From positions 38,248 through 102,247 of the forward strand of contig JAJFGG010000011.1 of the NCBI GenBank assembly GCA_021776235.1: 64,000 nucleotides of DNA, written 5' to 3'. Both the position numbers and the translations under genes were made by a program. Under the pieces are notes generated by a model. It was not told the origin of the DNA. It searched no databases and saw only the letters and a program-made list of their open reading frames with translations. This document shows, piece by piece, positions 1-9,909 of the stretch; position 1 is the first letter of the stretch; each line of letters starts with the position of its first letter. Source of the stretch: Alphaproteobacteria bacterium. Lineage in GTDB: Bacteria; Pseudomonadota; Alphaproteobacteria; GCA-2731375.

Positions 1-1234
1 CACTGTCCATTGCCGCCCTGGCCACCGCCGGCGCGATCTGCAATATCAGGCGGGGATCGAACGGCTTTGGGATCAGGTAATCGCGGCCAAAAGCCAGGGT
101 TTCGCCCCGATAGGCCTGGGCCACCACTTCCGAGGATTCCGCCATAGCCAGATCGGCGATGGCGTAAACCGTCGCCCGCTTCATTTCTTCGTTGATTCCG
201 GTCGCGCCACAATCCAGGGCGCCGCGGAACAGATAGGGAAAGCACAGCACGTTGTTGACCTGGTTGGGATAGTCGGACCGGCCCGTCGCCATCACAACGT
301 CGTCACGGGCGGCATGGGCGACCTCGGGCAAAATCTCCGGGTTGGGATTGGCCAGGGCCAGGATCATCGGCCGGTCGGCCATGGCTTTGACCATGTCCCC
401 ATCCAGGACGTTGGGCCCGGACATGCCCAGGAACACGTCCGCGCCCTTGATGGCATCCGCCAGGGTCCGATCCGCTGTGTCCTTTTCATAGACCTTTTTC
501 GAGGCATCGGTGCGGCCCTCCCGGCCCACATGAACCACGCCCTTGCGATCGGTGATGAAGATATTTTCGACCGGCATGCCCAGGCTGACCAATAGATTGA
601 GCGAGGCGATGGCCGCCGCCCCCGCGCCCGACGTCACCACCTTGACCGACTGCAGATCCTTGCCGACATGGCGCAGACCGTTGACCAGGGCGGCGCAGAC
701 GCAGATGGCGGTGCCGTGCTGATCATCATGAAAGACCGGGATTTTCATGCGCGCTTTCAGACCGTCCTCGATCCGGAAGCATTCGGGCGCCTTGATGTCC
801 TCCAGATTTATGCCGCCAAAGGTCGGCTCCAAAGCCTGGACAATTTCGATGAACTTCTCCGGGTCGGTCTCGTCGATCTCGATATCGAAAACATTGATGC
901 CGGCAAATTTCTTGAACAGGACGCCTTTGCCCTCCATCACCGGTTTGGAAGCCAGCGCGCCAATAGCGCCCAGGCCCAGCACGGCGGTGCCGTTTGTGAT
1001 GACGCCGACCAGGTTGCCCCGCGCGGTGACCGACGCCGCGGCGTCGGGATCTTCCACGATCAACTCACACGGCGCGGCGACGCCGGGCGAATAGGCCAGG
1101 GCAAGGTCACGCTGATTGGCGAGTGGTTTTGTCGGCGTTACTTCAATTTTACCCGGCACGGGCCAGCGGTGAAAGTGAATGGCGTCCCGCTTTAGATCTT
1201 CGGCTTTTTGATTTTGATGTTGATCCTGCGTCAT
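1..1234 (-). CDS. maeB: NADP-dependent malic enzyme, N-terminal malic-enzyme domain (partial; C-terminal part lies beyond window start)
   Basis: Reverse-strand translation from ATG at 1234 reads [32 protein letters not shown]...[11 protein letters not shown]...[12 protein letters not shown]...[15 protein letters not shown]...HDDQHGTAI, characteristic malic-enzyme motifs. Not in ORF track because it runs off the window edge. The + strand ORFs here are antisense artefacts. Confidence 0.85.
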   Translation of the reverse strand, partial: MTQDQHQNQKAEDLKRDAIHFHRWPVPGKIEVTPTKPLANQRDLALAYSPGVAAPCELIVEDPDAAASVTARGNLVGVITNGTAVLGLGAIGALASKPVMEGKGVLFKKFAGINVFDIEIDETDPEKFIEIVQALEPTFGGINLEDIKAPECFRIEDGLKARMKIPVFHDDQHGTAICVCAALVNGLRHVGKDLQSVKVVTSGAGAAAIASLNLLVSLGMPVENIFITDRKGVVHVGREGRTDASKKVYEKDTADRTLADAIKGADVFLGMSGPNVLDGDMVKAMADRPMILALANPNPEILPEVAHAARDDVVMATGRSDYPNQVNNVLCFPYLFRGALDCGATGINEEMKRATVYAIADLAMAESSEVVAQAYRGETLAFGRDYLIPKPFDPRLILQIAPAVARAAMDS

Positions 1235-1369
1235 ATCGCTTCCCCGTCAGGTTCCGGGCGGAGCGGTCCGGCCCGAATCAGCCTACATAGGGCACTCTCC
1301 AGACGCGGAATTCAACCGGCGCATGAAGTTGCCGCAACAATCCGGCGGCGGTCATGGGGGCCCTCTTCG

Positions 1370-2449
1370 TCATGCATCCAACAAGACTGCGCCGTCGCCA
1401 CGCCGGGCCCGGGGAATTTTGTTGCGTTCAGCCGCCAGTTCTTCCGCCGACCAACCCAGGTTGCCGTGGCAGCCAATGCCATAACGCACCACGGCCGGGT
1501 CAGAGAATTGCCGGAACCCAGGCACATTCAACCAGATCCGCATCAGCAACCGCATGCGGTCCTCTTGCCGTTCCAGCGCATGGGCATCACGGCCATGCAA
1601 AACGGTATAGTTGTTGCAGAACTGAATATCGCCTTGGCCAAAAGCAAAGGCCAGCCGCGTCTCCACCGCGATCTCGTCGATCAAATCCAGAATAGCTATA
1701 TCCTCGTCGGACATTGGCTCGTCCTTGCGACTATTGGCAGAGACCATCCAGGTGCGGTTGTAGCGGCAGGATACGGCGCCGTTGAGTTCGCTGAACAGCG
1801 GCACCCGGTAGCCGGATGTGGGATTTTCGCCCAACCCATGCTCGTCCATCCGGTCCCATTCAAAACCTTCCCGCAGGCGCGGTAAAATTTCGGGCCGGCG
1901 CCTGAGGATTTCATTGTAGATGGTCGTCGAACTCGCCACGTGGCTTAACGGATTGTCATCGGCCTGACGTACACACAACAGCGAGACGATATCCATCAAA
2001 TCCACATGCAGCGGCGTGAGCCTGGGAAAACCAACACCGCGCTTGCCCTGGTTCGGTTTCAGGGCGCCGGCAGTGACATAATGGATAAGCCCCGCGTCGC
2101 TGTTCTGGGTCATGGCGATGCCGATGTGGCGGCACAAACCATAGTACATCAACTCCAGTTCCATATTGTCATGGTCTTCAACCGGGAAGCCGCGCAGCAG
2201 GGCAAATCCATGGCCGCTCTGCAGATCCGCCGCGATAGACGCCAGCATTCCTGACAGATCCGGCAGGGGAAAATCCGCCGCCGAGATCGCCGCCAGTTGC
2301 AAACCGCTTTTCTTAACCGCAGTGAGCGCACTTTCAAGTTCGTCGATGTGGCGGTCTTCGAGGATATATTCCCAAGACCGGTCGGTCTCCATTTCCGATC
2401 CGCGCCAGGCGCTGGCGTCCGTTACGGGCTGCATTGATAGTTCTCTCAT
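1370..2449 (-). CDS. TauD/TfdA-family Fe(II)/2-oxoglutarate-dependent dioxygenase
   Basis: 359-aa ORF with clavaminate-synthase-like composition (…HYVTAGALKP…, …NNYTVLHGRDAH…). Family call by pattern only. Confidence 0.7.
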   Translation of the reverse strand: MRELSMQPVTDASAWRGSEMETDRSWEYILEDRHIDELESALTAVKKSGLQLAAISAADFPLPDLSGMLASIAADLQSGHGFALLRGFPVEDHDNMELELMYYGLCRHIGIAMTQNSDAGLIHYVTAGALKPNQGKRGVGFPRLTPLHVDLMDIVSLLCVRQADDNPLSHVASSTTIYNEILRRRPEILPRLREGFEWDRMDEHGLGENPTSGYRVPLFSELNGAVSCRYNRTWMVSANSRKDEPMSDEDIAILDLIDEIAVETRLAFAFGQGDIQFCNNYTVLHGRDAHALERQEDRMRLLMRIWLNVPGFRQFSDPAVVRYGIGCHGNLGWSAEELAAERNKIPRARRGDGAVLLDA

Positions 2450-2472
2450 GGTCCATCTCGCTTTTCGTTGAC

Positions 2473-3321
2473 TTATACCGGGCGGCTGCCTTGCAGCAGA
2501 ATGCGTTGATGCAGGCGCCGTTGACCGACGGGAAAATCCATGTTGACCGCATGCACCAGACAGCGGTTATCCCAGATCAGCAGATCTCCGACCCGCCATT
2601 CATGGTCATAGCGATAGCACGGTTGCGTCATACAGCCGGCAATCCATTCCAGTATGGCTTCGCTGTCGGCGGGCGCGACATCCATGACCCGGTCGGTCCG
2701 GTTGGCATTGAAATAAAACGCCTTCCTGCCCGTATCCTCGTGGGTGCGAACCAGAGGGTGAACGACTTCCGGCGTCTCATCCAATTCGCTCTGGGTTCGC
2801 GTTTTGGGCCGCACCGGGGCCCGTGGCGTGTCGTAGCGGTGGGCGGCGCGCAAACCGTCGACACGCTGCTTTTCCGCGGTGTCGAGGTCTTCATAGGCTC
2901 GCTGGGTATTGCAGAAACTGGTTTGGCCCCCGCTGTCGGGAATTTCGATGGATTGCAGCAGGGTCGCCTTGGCCGGAACCTCGAAATAGGAATCATCCGT
3001 ATGCCAGCCGGTCAACCGCATCTGCCGCAAATCCTGTGGCTTATCCTCGGGCCTGGCGTAGGTACTATCCAAGATAGAGACCTCCTGCGTTTCCGCATCG
3101 CGTTGACTGCGCAGCAGCTGCGCCTGCGGTTCGCCGAATTGGCGGGCCACGTTGGCGAAGTCCGCCGGGCGCAACGGCGCACCGCGGAAACACAAAAGAT
3201 GATGTTCGAGAAACGCATCCTGCACCGCCGCGTCGTCGTCTGCCGCCAACGGCTGCGAAAGATCCAGGCCAATGACTTCCGCGCCCAGAGCGTCGGACAA
3301 GGGCTTAATCTGTACGGCCAT
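2473..3321 (-). CDS. TauD/TfdA-family dioxygenase (taurine-dioxygenase-like)
   Basis: ORF track gives 2473..3426. The internal ATG at 3321 (MAVQIKPLSDALGAEVIGLDLSQPL…) is the typical TauD N-terminus. Contains the HTD motif (WHTDDSY) and a C-terminal DNRCLVH-type segment. Confidence 0.8.
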   Translation of the reverse strand: MAVQIKPLSDALGAEVIGLDLSQPLAADDDAAVQDAFLEHHLLCFRGAPLRPADFANVARQFGEPQAQLLRSQRDAETQEVSILDSTYARPEDKPQDLRQMRLTGWHTDDSYFEVPAKATLLQSIEIPDSGGQTSFCNTQRAYEDLDTAEKQRVDGLRAAHRYDTPRAPVRPKTRTQSELDETPEVVHPLVRTHEDTGRKAFYFNANRTDRVMDVAPADSEAILEWIAGCMTQPCYRYDHEWRVGDLLIWDNRCLVHAVNMDFPVGQRRLHQRILLQGSRPV

Positions 3322-3500
3322 GACAGCGTCCTTTTCGATGGCTTGTGGCACGGATGTGCGATTATAGGGGGCTTGGATCAATGATGAAATACCCCTGCCC
3401 CGCGAACTATGTGCCCGACTAGGCAATCCATACCGCTTCTGTTAGGGCGAAATATCGTGAAAGGCTGATCCTATACTGCTATCGGCGGCCAGACCGCTAC

Positions 3501-3870
3501 TCATTCGAGGCTATTGTCCCGAAACAAATTCCCATTGACCCGATCAGGACCATGTTCGCGGAGGAGGACAAAGGCGCGGCAATCAGAACCGGCCTGGTAT
3601 GCGGTCCTTATACCAACCCGCGTTGATAGGGACCCATAGAGACGCTTTGCGGGGGCTTTCGGTTGGCGTCGCGCACGCCTAACGATACCCGGTATCGCTG
3701 CGTTCAAAGTCAGAAGATTAGTCTGACGGGCAATATCGTCGATCAAGCTTACCACTTGACCAATTTTCCCACCGCTCCGGCAGTCGACGCGCCATCAAGC
3801 ACAAACGGCATCGGCGACAGCGCCAAGGGAATCATGACGGTTCCCAGAAGTGTTGCTTTTCTTTGCCCCT
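3501..3870 (-). pseudogene. Deletion-derivative remnant of the P460-repeat/cupredoxin/chemoreceptor cassette: N-terminus of the 18702..19781 protein joined to a fragment of the chemoreceptor signalling domain
   Basis: The minus strand at 3870..3781 reads MIPLALSPMPFVLDGASTAGAVGK…, matching MIPLALSSLPFALEGASAAKA of the gene at 19781. After a frameshift, 3755.. reads [20 protein letters not shown], matching [27 protein letters not shown] of the chemoreceptor at 16656..18323. Similarity is then lost. Embedded in a 700-bp AT-rich non-coding patch. Confidence 0.55.
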
Positions 3871-4152
3871 TGGCACTTCGCCAAGTTCTCATTAAAAGTG
3901 CAGATTAGGCAATAAAAGGCCCAGATAAAACGGAAACAATGAACTTCCAGCACTCAAACAATCCACGTCTTGGATTAAAACTGCTCTGAACATTGATGAA
4001 ACAATAGATATGTTTGGTCAAAGCCTTGCCAGAAACTAAAAACATTTATGTCAATGACATAAACTTTTTGTTACTGGCAAAAGCCGCTCATTATCCAAGC
4101 CAGAACAAAATAACGGTCCTAACAGTGCGATCCGTGCTCATTTACCTAATCT

Positions 4153-4494
4153 TTATTGACAGGTGATCTTTAACGACATCTGCTCAAAATATGCTGCGGA
4201 TCGAACATCAATGGCGCCAGGGTGATCAAACGTCATCACAGCCACATCTCCCGGCTTTTGAATGCCAAGGCTGAATACCTGCCCAGGGCTAAGAGAATAG
4301 ATGGCGTGTTTAGCGCTATCGGAATTCTGGAAGCGTACGGTGTCGCCACGTTTGATGTGGAGGGAATCGCGGCTGAATTTGAGGCCCTCGATCGTTATCG
4401 TGTGGACGGCAGCGGATGCGCCCTGGAATGGGGCAACAGAGAGCGCCAGTACGCCTGCACACAGGATGGATTTAAGACAATTAGGCAATAACAT
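4153..4494 (-). CDS. Secreted cupredoxin-fold protein; degenerate paralogue of the amicyanin-like gene at 18349..18705 lacking the Cys and Met copper ligands
   Basis: Signal peptide (MLLPNCLKSILCAGVLALSVAPFQGASA). KHAIYSLSPGQVFSLGIQKPGDVAVMTF aligns with RHNVYSKSAGFKYLKIKKQKPGDRDSVTI of 18349..18705. Where the paralogue has LCALHPKM this copy has MTFDHPGA, so Cys and Met are lost and His is retained. Confidence 0.55.
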   Translation of the reverse strand: MLLPNCLKSILCAGVLALSVAPFQGASAAVHTITIEGLKFSRDSLHIKRGDTVRFQNSDSAKHAIYSLSPGQVFSLGIQKPGDVAVMTFDHPGAIDVRSAAYFEQMSLKITCQ

Positions 4495-5012
4495 GTTGGA
4501 GCTCCTTAAGATTGGAAATTTTTACTAAGTTAACATCGTCGCTGACGGTTTACTCAGATGTCGCCTATTTCCACTAATTCCAAGAGTAGTCCGTAGGTGT
4601 GAATTTTGTGTTACGACACATGGAGCGGTGATTTATTCTGGAGATTGGTCAGAATACTCAAACACAGCGGTGCGAGCAGGCGATGCGAAGCGCCCAATGA
4701 GACTTGCGCGCGGGCTCACTGAACCGGCCGGGTTCGTGACCCCGAAGCCGGACGTGCTCTGAGGTCTCTCGCTATTTAATCGCGCCGGCGCGTAGGTCGC
4801 CAGGGCGCCGACCGAGGTCGGAATCACTGTGACGATGGTGCAGTCGTCGGCCAGATGGCCCGTATATGGGCTTTGGCGGGCAATTGAGAGATGGTCGAGT
4901 ACGGTGGACCGTTGGCGAGGCGCGCGCGATGACCGGGCGGCCAGTGATGCCGCCGTTTTCCGCGCCCGGAGCAAGCGAAGCCAAGCGCCGAGGCCGGCGG
5001 GAACGGTCGCCG

Positions 5013-6776
5013 ATGCTTTGGGTCTGGTCGTCGCTACGTTGCCAAAAACTTCGAGATTGCGTGGTGGACGGACCAAACGATACACTGACGACCTCGCCAT
5101 GCAAGCGATCTCTGGGAAGGGAGTTGTTGAAGGTGAACGTACCTTTGACGGGGCCGGAGGCGGCGGAAGCAGTTAAGCAGTGCTCGTACGCGCTGGCCTC
5201 GCGGCCGGATTTTCCAGAGGCCGCGCGGCTGCTCGCCAGCCTGTTGCAGCGCTACGCGTTCAACGTCGAGACCGACCTTTCGCCGCGCGGCCTGCAAGCT
5301 GCGTTCGCGTTCAAGAATATCGACAGGCAGGCGTTGTGCAATGGTGCACTTGCCTTTCTGAAATGCCGGCCGCCGCGGGCCGATGTGCTGGCACGCGGCC
5401 GGGCCGACGGTTGGGACGCAGCGGCGGCACTGCTAACCCGCAAGGGCGCACGGCTTTTGCGCGACAGATTGTTCAGGTCCGCCCTGATCCATGGCGTTGT
5501 CGCCGACATCGAGATCGAGTTCCTGCTGACCGCGCTGCGGCGACGCCTGCTGCTGTCGCCGATGCTGCTCGCGGCGCGGCCGGTCTATGAATTCGCGTGC
5601 GTGCTGATCCGGCAATGCCTGAACAACGGGTATGTCTTCTTCGCCGATGAAGAGGAAAGGCTCCGTCTAGGCGAACTGAATGTGGATATTGACGCGATGC
5701 TCGAAGGTGACGCGGCGGCGGGCGGCGACTTCCTGCTGCTGTCACTGTACCGCCCGTTTCATGAAACACTCGGTCAAGAGGCGCGCACCGCCGACCAGGT
5801 GTCGCCCCAGGCCCTGCGCGCCGTGCTGCGCGATGAATTGGCGGCCCGCCGGATGGAGGCTGCGTATGCGGACAGCCTGCCCCGATTGACAGCAATTACC
5901 GACGAAATCTCTCGTCAGGTCGCCGACCAATATACCCACGACCCATATCCCCGTTGGCTCAGCCTGCAGGCACCGCAACCGGGAGGAGCCAAGGATCACA
6001 TGCGCGGCCATTTCTCCGCCGATGCGCTCGCCGCCATCGATGGCCCGTGCGATGTTCTGATCGCCGGCGCCGGAACCGGCCGTCAGGCGGTACATTCAGC
6101 CATTGGCTATGGTGCCGCGGCGCGGGTGCTGGCGATCGACCTGAGTGCGCCGAGCCTCGCCTACGGTGCGCTTATGGCCGAAGCGCTGGAAGTGGCGAAC
6201 CTGCGCTTTGCGATCGGCGATATCCTGCGCCTCTACGAGACCGGCGACCACTTCGATGTGATCGAATGCGTCGGTGTTCTGCATCACATGGTTGATCCCT
6301 TTGAGGGCTGGCGCGCGCTGCTCGATCGACTCCGCCCCGGCGGGCTGATGCTGATCGGACTATACAGCGCTTTGTCGCGCCGGGTCATTCAGGCGCTGTC
6401 CGAAGACCCGGATTGGCCGGGTTCGAAGGCAGACGATGACGCACTGCGCGCCTACCGGCAAAAGCTGATGGACCGCGCATCCGGCGATGATGCTTTCGCG
6501 CTGACGGGTTCAGTCGATTTTTTCACCAAGAGCGGCTTCCGCGATCTCGCCCTGCATGTCAGCGAGCGGCCATGCACGATCCCTGAAATTCGCGACTTCA
6601 TGGCCGCCCGGGGGCTCGAATTTCACGGCTTCAGCCTGCCGGACGAAACCTTGCGGGCCTATGCGGATGCCTTCCCCGGTGACGAGGCACCCGGCACGCT
6701 CGATCACTGGTGGGCGTTCGAACAGGAAAACCCGCAAACCTTCAACAGTATGTACCTGTTCTGGTGCCGTAAGTGA
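5013..6776 (+). CDS. Class I SAM-dependent methyltransferase with a long N-terminal helical/TPR-like domain
   Basis: Motifs DVLIAGAGTGRQAV (SAM-binding GxGxG), VLAIDLS, FDVIECVGVLHHM, LRPGGLMLIGLY. The track ORF starts at 4866, but that upstream part overlaps unconvincing reading frames. Start placed at the in-frame ATG 5013; an alternative is GTG 5134, preceded by GGAG. Confidence 0.65.
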   Translation: MLWVWSSLRCQKLRDCVVDGPNDTLTTSPCKRSLGRELLKVNVPLTGPEAAEAVKQCSYALASRPDFPEAARLLASLLQRYAFNVETDLSPRGLQAAFAFKNIDRQALCNGALAFLKCRPPRADVLARGRADGWDAAAALLTRKGARLLRDRLFRSALIHGVVADIEIEFLLTALRRRLLLSPMLLAARPVYEFACVLIRQCLNNGYVFFADEEERLRLGELNVDIDAMLEGDAAAGGDFLLLSLYRPFHETLGQEARTADQVSPQALRAVLRDELAARRMEAAYADSLPRLTAITDEISRQVADQYTHDPYPRWLSLQAPQPGGAKDHMRGHFSADALAAIDGPCDVLIAGAGTGRQAVHSAIGYGAAARVLAIDLSAPSLAYGALMAEALEVANLRFAIGDILRLYETGDHFDVIECVGVLHHMVDPFEGWRALLDRLRPGGLMLIGLYSALSRRVIQALSEDPDWPGSKADDDALRAYRQKLMDRASGDDAFALTGSVDFFTKSGFRDLALHVSERPCTIPEIRDFMAARGLEFHGFSLPDETLRAYADAFPGDEAPGTLDHWWAFEQENPQTFNSMYLFWCRK

Positions 6777-6799
6777 GTGATATCGGCTGTATGGGGCGC

Positions 6800-7897
6800 T
6801 TATAGGACAACATCGGTTTTCGGGTCGATCAGATGCATATGCGCCATGTCTATGGTGAATTCCATCGGCTGGCCGACCTGGCTGACCGCCCGCGGCCGCG
6901 ATCGGGTGGTAATTTCAGTCTCGCCGATATTGATAAACACCATGGTATCTATACCCATGGGTTCGAGGACGACAACATCGGACGTGAAATTGTGATGTGT
7001 CGGATCGGTATGTGGCCGTTTGTCGGTGATATGTTCGGGTCGTATGCCGAACAGCATCTCCCTTCCGACACCGGGGCCGCAACGGTCCAGGCGGTCCGCC
7101 GGCACGGGAAACGACAGATTATCCGCCAGTTGGATTGACAAGCCGCCGTTCGCAGCCTCGACTTGGCACGGTATGAAGTTCATCGAAGGAGAGCCAATGA
7201 AGGAAGCCACGAACAAGGTTTGGGGGTCGTCGTACATTTCCTCCGGTGTGCCGACCTGCTCGATGACGCCTTCGTTCATCACGACGATCCGGTCGGCCAG
7301 GGTCATTGCCTCGACCTGGTCGTGGGTGACGTAGACCACCGTGGTTTTCACCCGCTGATGGATCTTTTTGATTTCGGTACGCATCTGCACTCGCAGCTTG
7401 GCGTCCAGGTTGCTCAAGGGTTCATCGAATAGGAAGACCTGGGGGTCGCGGACGATGGCGCGGCCCATGGCGACGCGCTGGCGCTGGCCGCCGGAAAGCT
7501 GCTTCGGCCGACGCTCCAACAGCTCGCCAATGTTCAAGATATCCGCCGCCATATTGACCCTGCGGTCAATTTCTTCCTTTGGCGTCTTGCGAAGCCTCAA
7601 GCCAAAGGACATGTTCTGAAAGACGCTCATATGTGGATAAAGGGCGTAATTCTGGAACACCATGGCGATGTCGCGGTCCTTGGGCGCGACCTCGTTGACG
7701 ATGCGATCGCCGACGGAGATATCGCCAGCGGTGATATCTTCCAGTCCCGCGATCATGCGTAACGTCGTGGTCTTGCCACAGCCCGACGGGCCGACCAGGG
7801 CGATAAATTCGTTATGTTCGATATCCAGATTGATGCCGCGCACGGCCGGAACTTCGTCGTAGTACTTCCAGAGATCTCTCAGTTGAATTTCCGCCAT
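6800..7897 (-). CDS. ABC transporter ATP-binding protein (MalK/UgpC-type, sugar import)
   Basis: Walker [10 protein letters not shown], signature [14 protein letters not shown], Walker [13 protein letters not shown], and a C-terminal MalK-like regulatory domain. Confidence 0.9.
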   Translation of the reverse strand: MAEIQLRDLWKYYDEVPAVRGINLDIEHNEFIALVGPSGCGKTTTLRMIAGLEDITAGDISVGDRIVNEVAPKDRDIAMVFQNYALYPHMSVFQNMSFGLRLRKTPKEEIDRRVNMAADILNIGELLERRPKQLSGGQRQRVAMGRAIVRDPQVFLFDEPLSNLDAKLRVQMRTEIKKIHQRVKTTVVYVTHDQVEAMTLADRIVVMNEGVIEQVGTPEEMYDDPQTLFVASFIGSPSMNFIPCQVEAANGGLSIQLADNLSFPVPADRLDRCGPGVGREMLFGIRPEHITDKRPHTDPTHHNFTSDVVVLEPMGIDTMVFINIGETEITTRSRPRAVSQVGQPMEFTIDMAHMHLIDPKTDVVL

Positions 7898-7978
7898 TAC
7901 CTGCTCTTCTTTCCTTCGTCTTTGATGCTATTGCGCCAGCCGTCGACCGCGCAGTTACCTGATTGCCTGCCCGATTGC

Positions 7979-8890
7979 TTACTTGATCGCACCCGCCGTC
8001 AGGCCAGAGGTGAAGTAGTCCATGAAGAAGCCATAAATCATGATGATCGGCAGCGCGCCAATGAAGCAGGCCGCCATCAATGAACCCCAATAGTAAATGT
8101 CACCCCGGATCAACTCGGTTATGACGCCGACGGAGATGGTCTTCGCGGCCTCGTCCTGAATAAACACCAGGGAATAAAGCAGCTCGTTCCAACTGAGCGT
8201 GATGGAAAACAGAATCGCGCACATGATGCCAGGGACCGCCATAGGCAAGACGACCCGGAACAGCGCACCAAGGCGCGAGCAGCCGTCCAGATAGGCGCAT
8301 TCCTCCACCTCCACCGGGATAGTTTTGAAATAACCCATCAATAGCCAGGTCACGAATGGGATCAGGAACGTCGGATAGGTCAGGATAAGCGACCAATAGG
8401 TATCCCGAATGGGGACATAGTCGTCGATGGTGTTGATGACATCGATCAATGGAATAAACAGCAACGTCTGCGGTATTAGATAGGTAATGAAGACGGCAAC
8501 GCCGAACAACTCAACGCCGCGAAAACGCAAGCGCGCCAGGGCATAGGCGGCGAGTGTCCCGATCGAGACCGAGATTATGGTAACCGCCACCGTGACGATC
8601 AGAGTGTTGACAAACCAGTGCTGGAAAAAGCTGGTGTTGGTGGCCAGATAGACATAATGCTCGGTGGCGATGCCGGTCGCCCAGAACGGCGAGTTGCCCA
8701 GATTGTTTATCTCCTGATCCGTCTTAATCGAGGTGATGAACATGATGTAGAAGGGAAACAGCGCGAAGAACACATAAGGCAACAACGCGACATAGTTCAA
8801 TGCCGCTTTGCGCCGCCGCCAGATCGGCACCTTGTTGATGCCCACCTCCCGGCCACCGCTGCCGGTTAACGTTGTAGTACTAGAGCTCAT
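7979..8890 (-). CDS. ABC transporter permease (MalG/UgpE-like)
   Basis: Polytopic membrane protein. Overlaps the upstream permease by 11 bp, suggesting an operon. Confidence 0.85.
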   Translation of the reverse strand: MSSSTTTLTGSGGREVGINKVPIWRRRKAALNYVALLPYVFFALFPFYIMFITSIKTDQEINNLGNSPFWATGIATEHYVYLATNTSFFQHWFVNTLIVTVAVTIISVSIGTLAAYALARLRFRGVELFGVAVFITYLIPQTLLFIPLIDVINTIDDYVPIRDTYWSLILTYPTFLIPFVTWLLMGYFKTIPVEVEECAYLDGCSRLGALFRVVLPMAVPGIMCAILFSITLSWNELLYSLVFIQDEAAKTISVGVITELIRGDIYYWGSLMAACFIGALPIIMIYGFFMDYFTSGLTAGAIK

Positions 8891-9845
8891 GCGAAGTATC
8901 CCTTCTCACCATCCGGAGCAAAAAGACCACGATCAATACCAAAATCGGGAACAGGAACAGCGCGACCGCTGCCCCCAGCGCGATTTCGTGATTCAAAATG
9001 CCGTAGGTGAAGGAGTAGGTAGAGAACAGGTGCGTCGAGTTCATCGGACCGCCCCTGGTCAACACATAAATGATGTTGAATTCGCCCAGCGTAAAGATGG
9101 TCGAGAACAGGATGATGATGGCCAGCACCGGCCGCAGCAACGGCAGAGTTATGGAGCGGAACTTCCGCCAGGTCGAGGCCCCGTCGATTTCCGCAGCATC
9201 GTAAAGATGCTCCGGGATGGACATCAGTCCGGCCAGGATGGTGATAATGAAAAACGGAATACCGCGCCAGATATTGACGAAGATCACCGAGGCCATGGCC
9301 AAGGTCGGCTCACCAAGGAAATTATAGGGACCGAAGCCCATCACACTGAACGGCCACATGTTCTCCAGGATCCAGTTGATGTGGCTATAGGTCGGGTCCA
9401 GGATCAGCCACCAACCCAGCGTGGAAAGCGCTGTCGGCGCAACGAATGGCAATAGTACCGAGCCGCGGAAGAAACGCTTCAGCTTCAAAATGCGTTGCAA
9501 CAGCAACGCACAACTGAGACCCAGCACCACCTTGAACAGGACCGACCAAAAGGCGAACAGCAAGGTGTTCCAGATTGTCTCTATGAAAATATCGTCTTCG
9601 GTCAGGATATAAATAAAGTTTTCCAGACCAACATACGATGCCGGCTCGCCGACAAAAGCGTCGGAGACACTGAACCAGATTGCCAGACAGAAGGGATAAA
9701 CCACCAGCGAGATCATGACGATGGTCGCGGGCAGCAAGAAACCATAGCCGTCGATGTCGGGGCCGAGGCGTTTCTTCACCCGTGAACGAACAGAGCTGGG
9801 CGACGACGACGCCGCCGCCCGCTCCACATTCGGTACGCTTACCAT
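8880..9845 (-). CDS. ABC transporter permease (MalF/UgpA-like)
   Basis: Multiple TM helices, with the EAA-loop-like segment IDGASTWRKFRSITLP. Confidence 0.85.
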   Translation of the reverse strand: MVSVPNVERAAASSSPSSVRSRVKKRLGPDIDGYGFLLPATIVMISLVVYPFCLAIWFSVSDAFVGEPASYVGLENFIYILTEDDIFIETIWNTLLFAFWSVLFKVVLGLSCALLLQRILKLKRFFRGSVLLPFVAPTALSTLGWWLILDPTYSHINWILENMWPFSVMGFGPYNFLGEPTLAMASVIFVNIWRGIPFFIITILAGLMSIPEHLYDAAEIDGASTWRKFRSITLPLLRPVLAIIILFSTIFTLGEFNIIYVLTRGGPMNSTHLFSTYSFTYGILNHEIALGAAVALFLFPILVLIVVFLLRMVRRDTSHEL

Positions 9846-9909
9846 AGCTCGTCAATCATCCGAGAATGATCAACGAGCCAAGTTACTTCCTTGGCATTCA
9901 TCACGCCGG

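Noticed and set aside
314-1195. Plus-strand ORFs 314..595, 668..1195 and 747..1094
   Set aside because: They lie antisense to a clearly recognisable malic-enzyme coding sequence on the minus strand. High-GC DNA produces long spurious open frames, and these have no recognisable composition.
4633-5176. ORFs 4633..5100 (-), 4772..5104 (-), 4829..5176 (+)
   Set aside because: Mutually overlapping, no recognisable composition, no RBS context. Likely non-coding or decayed.
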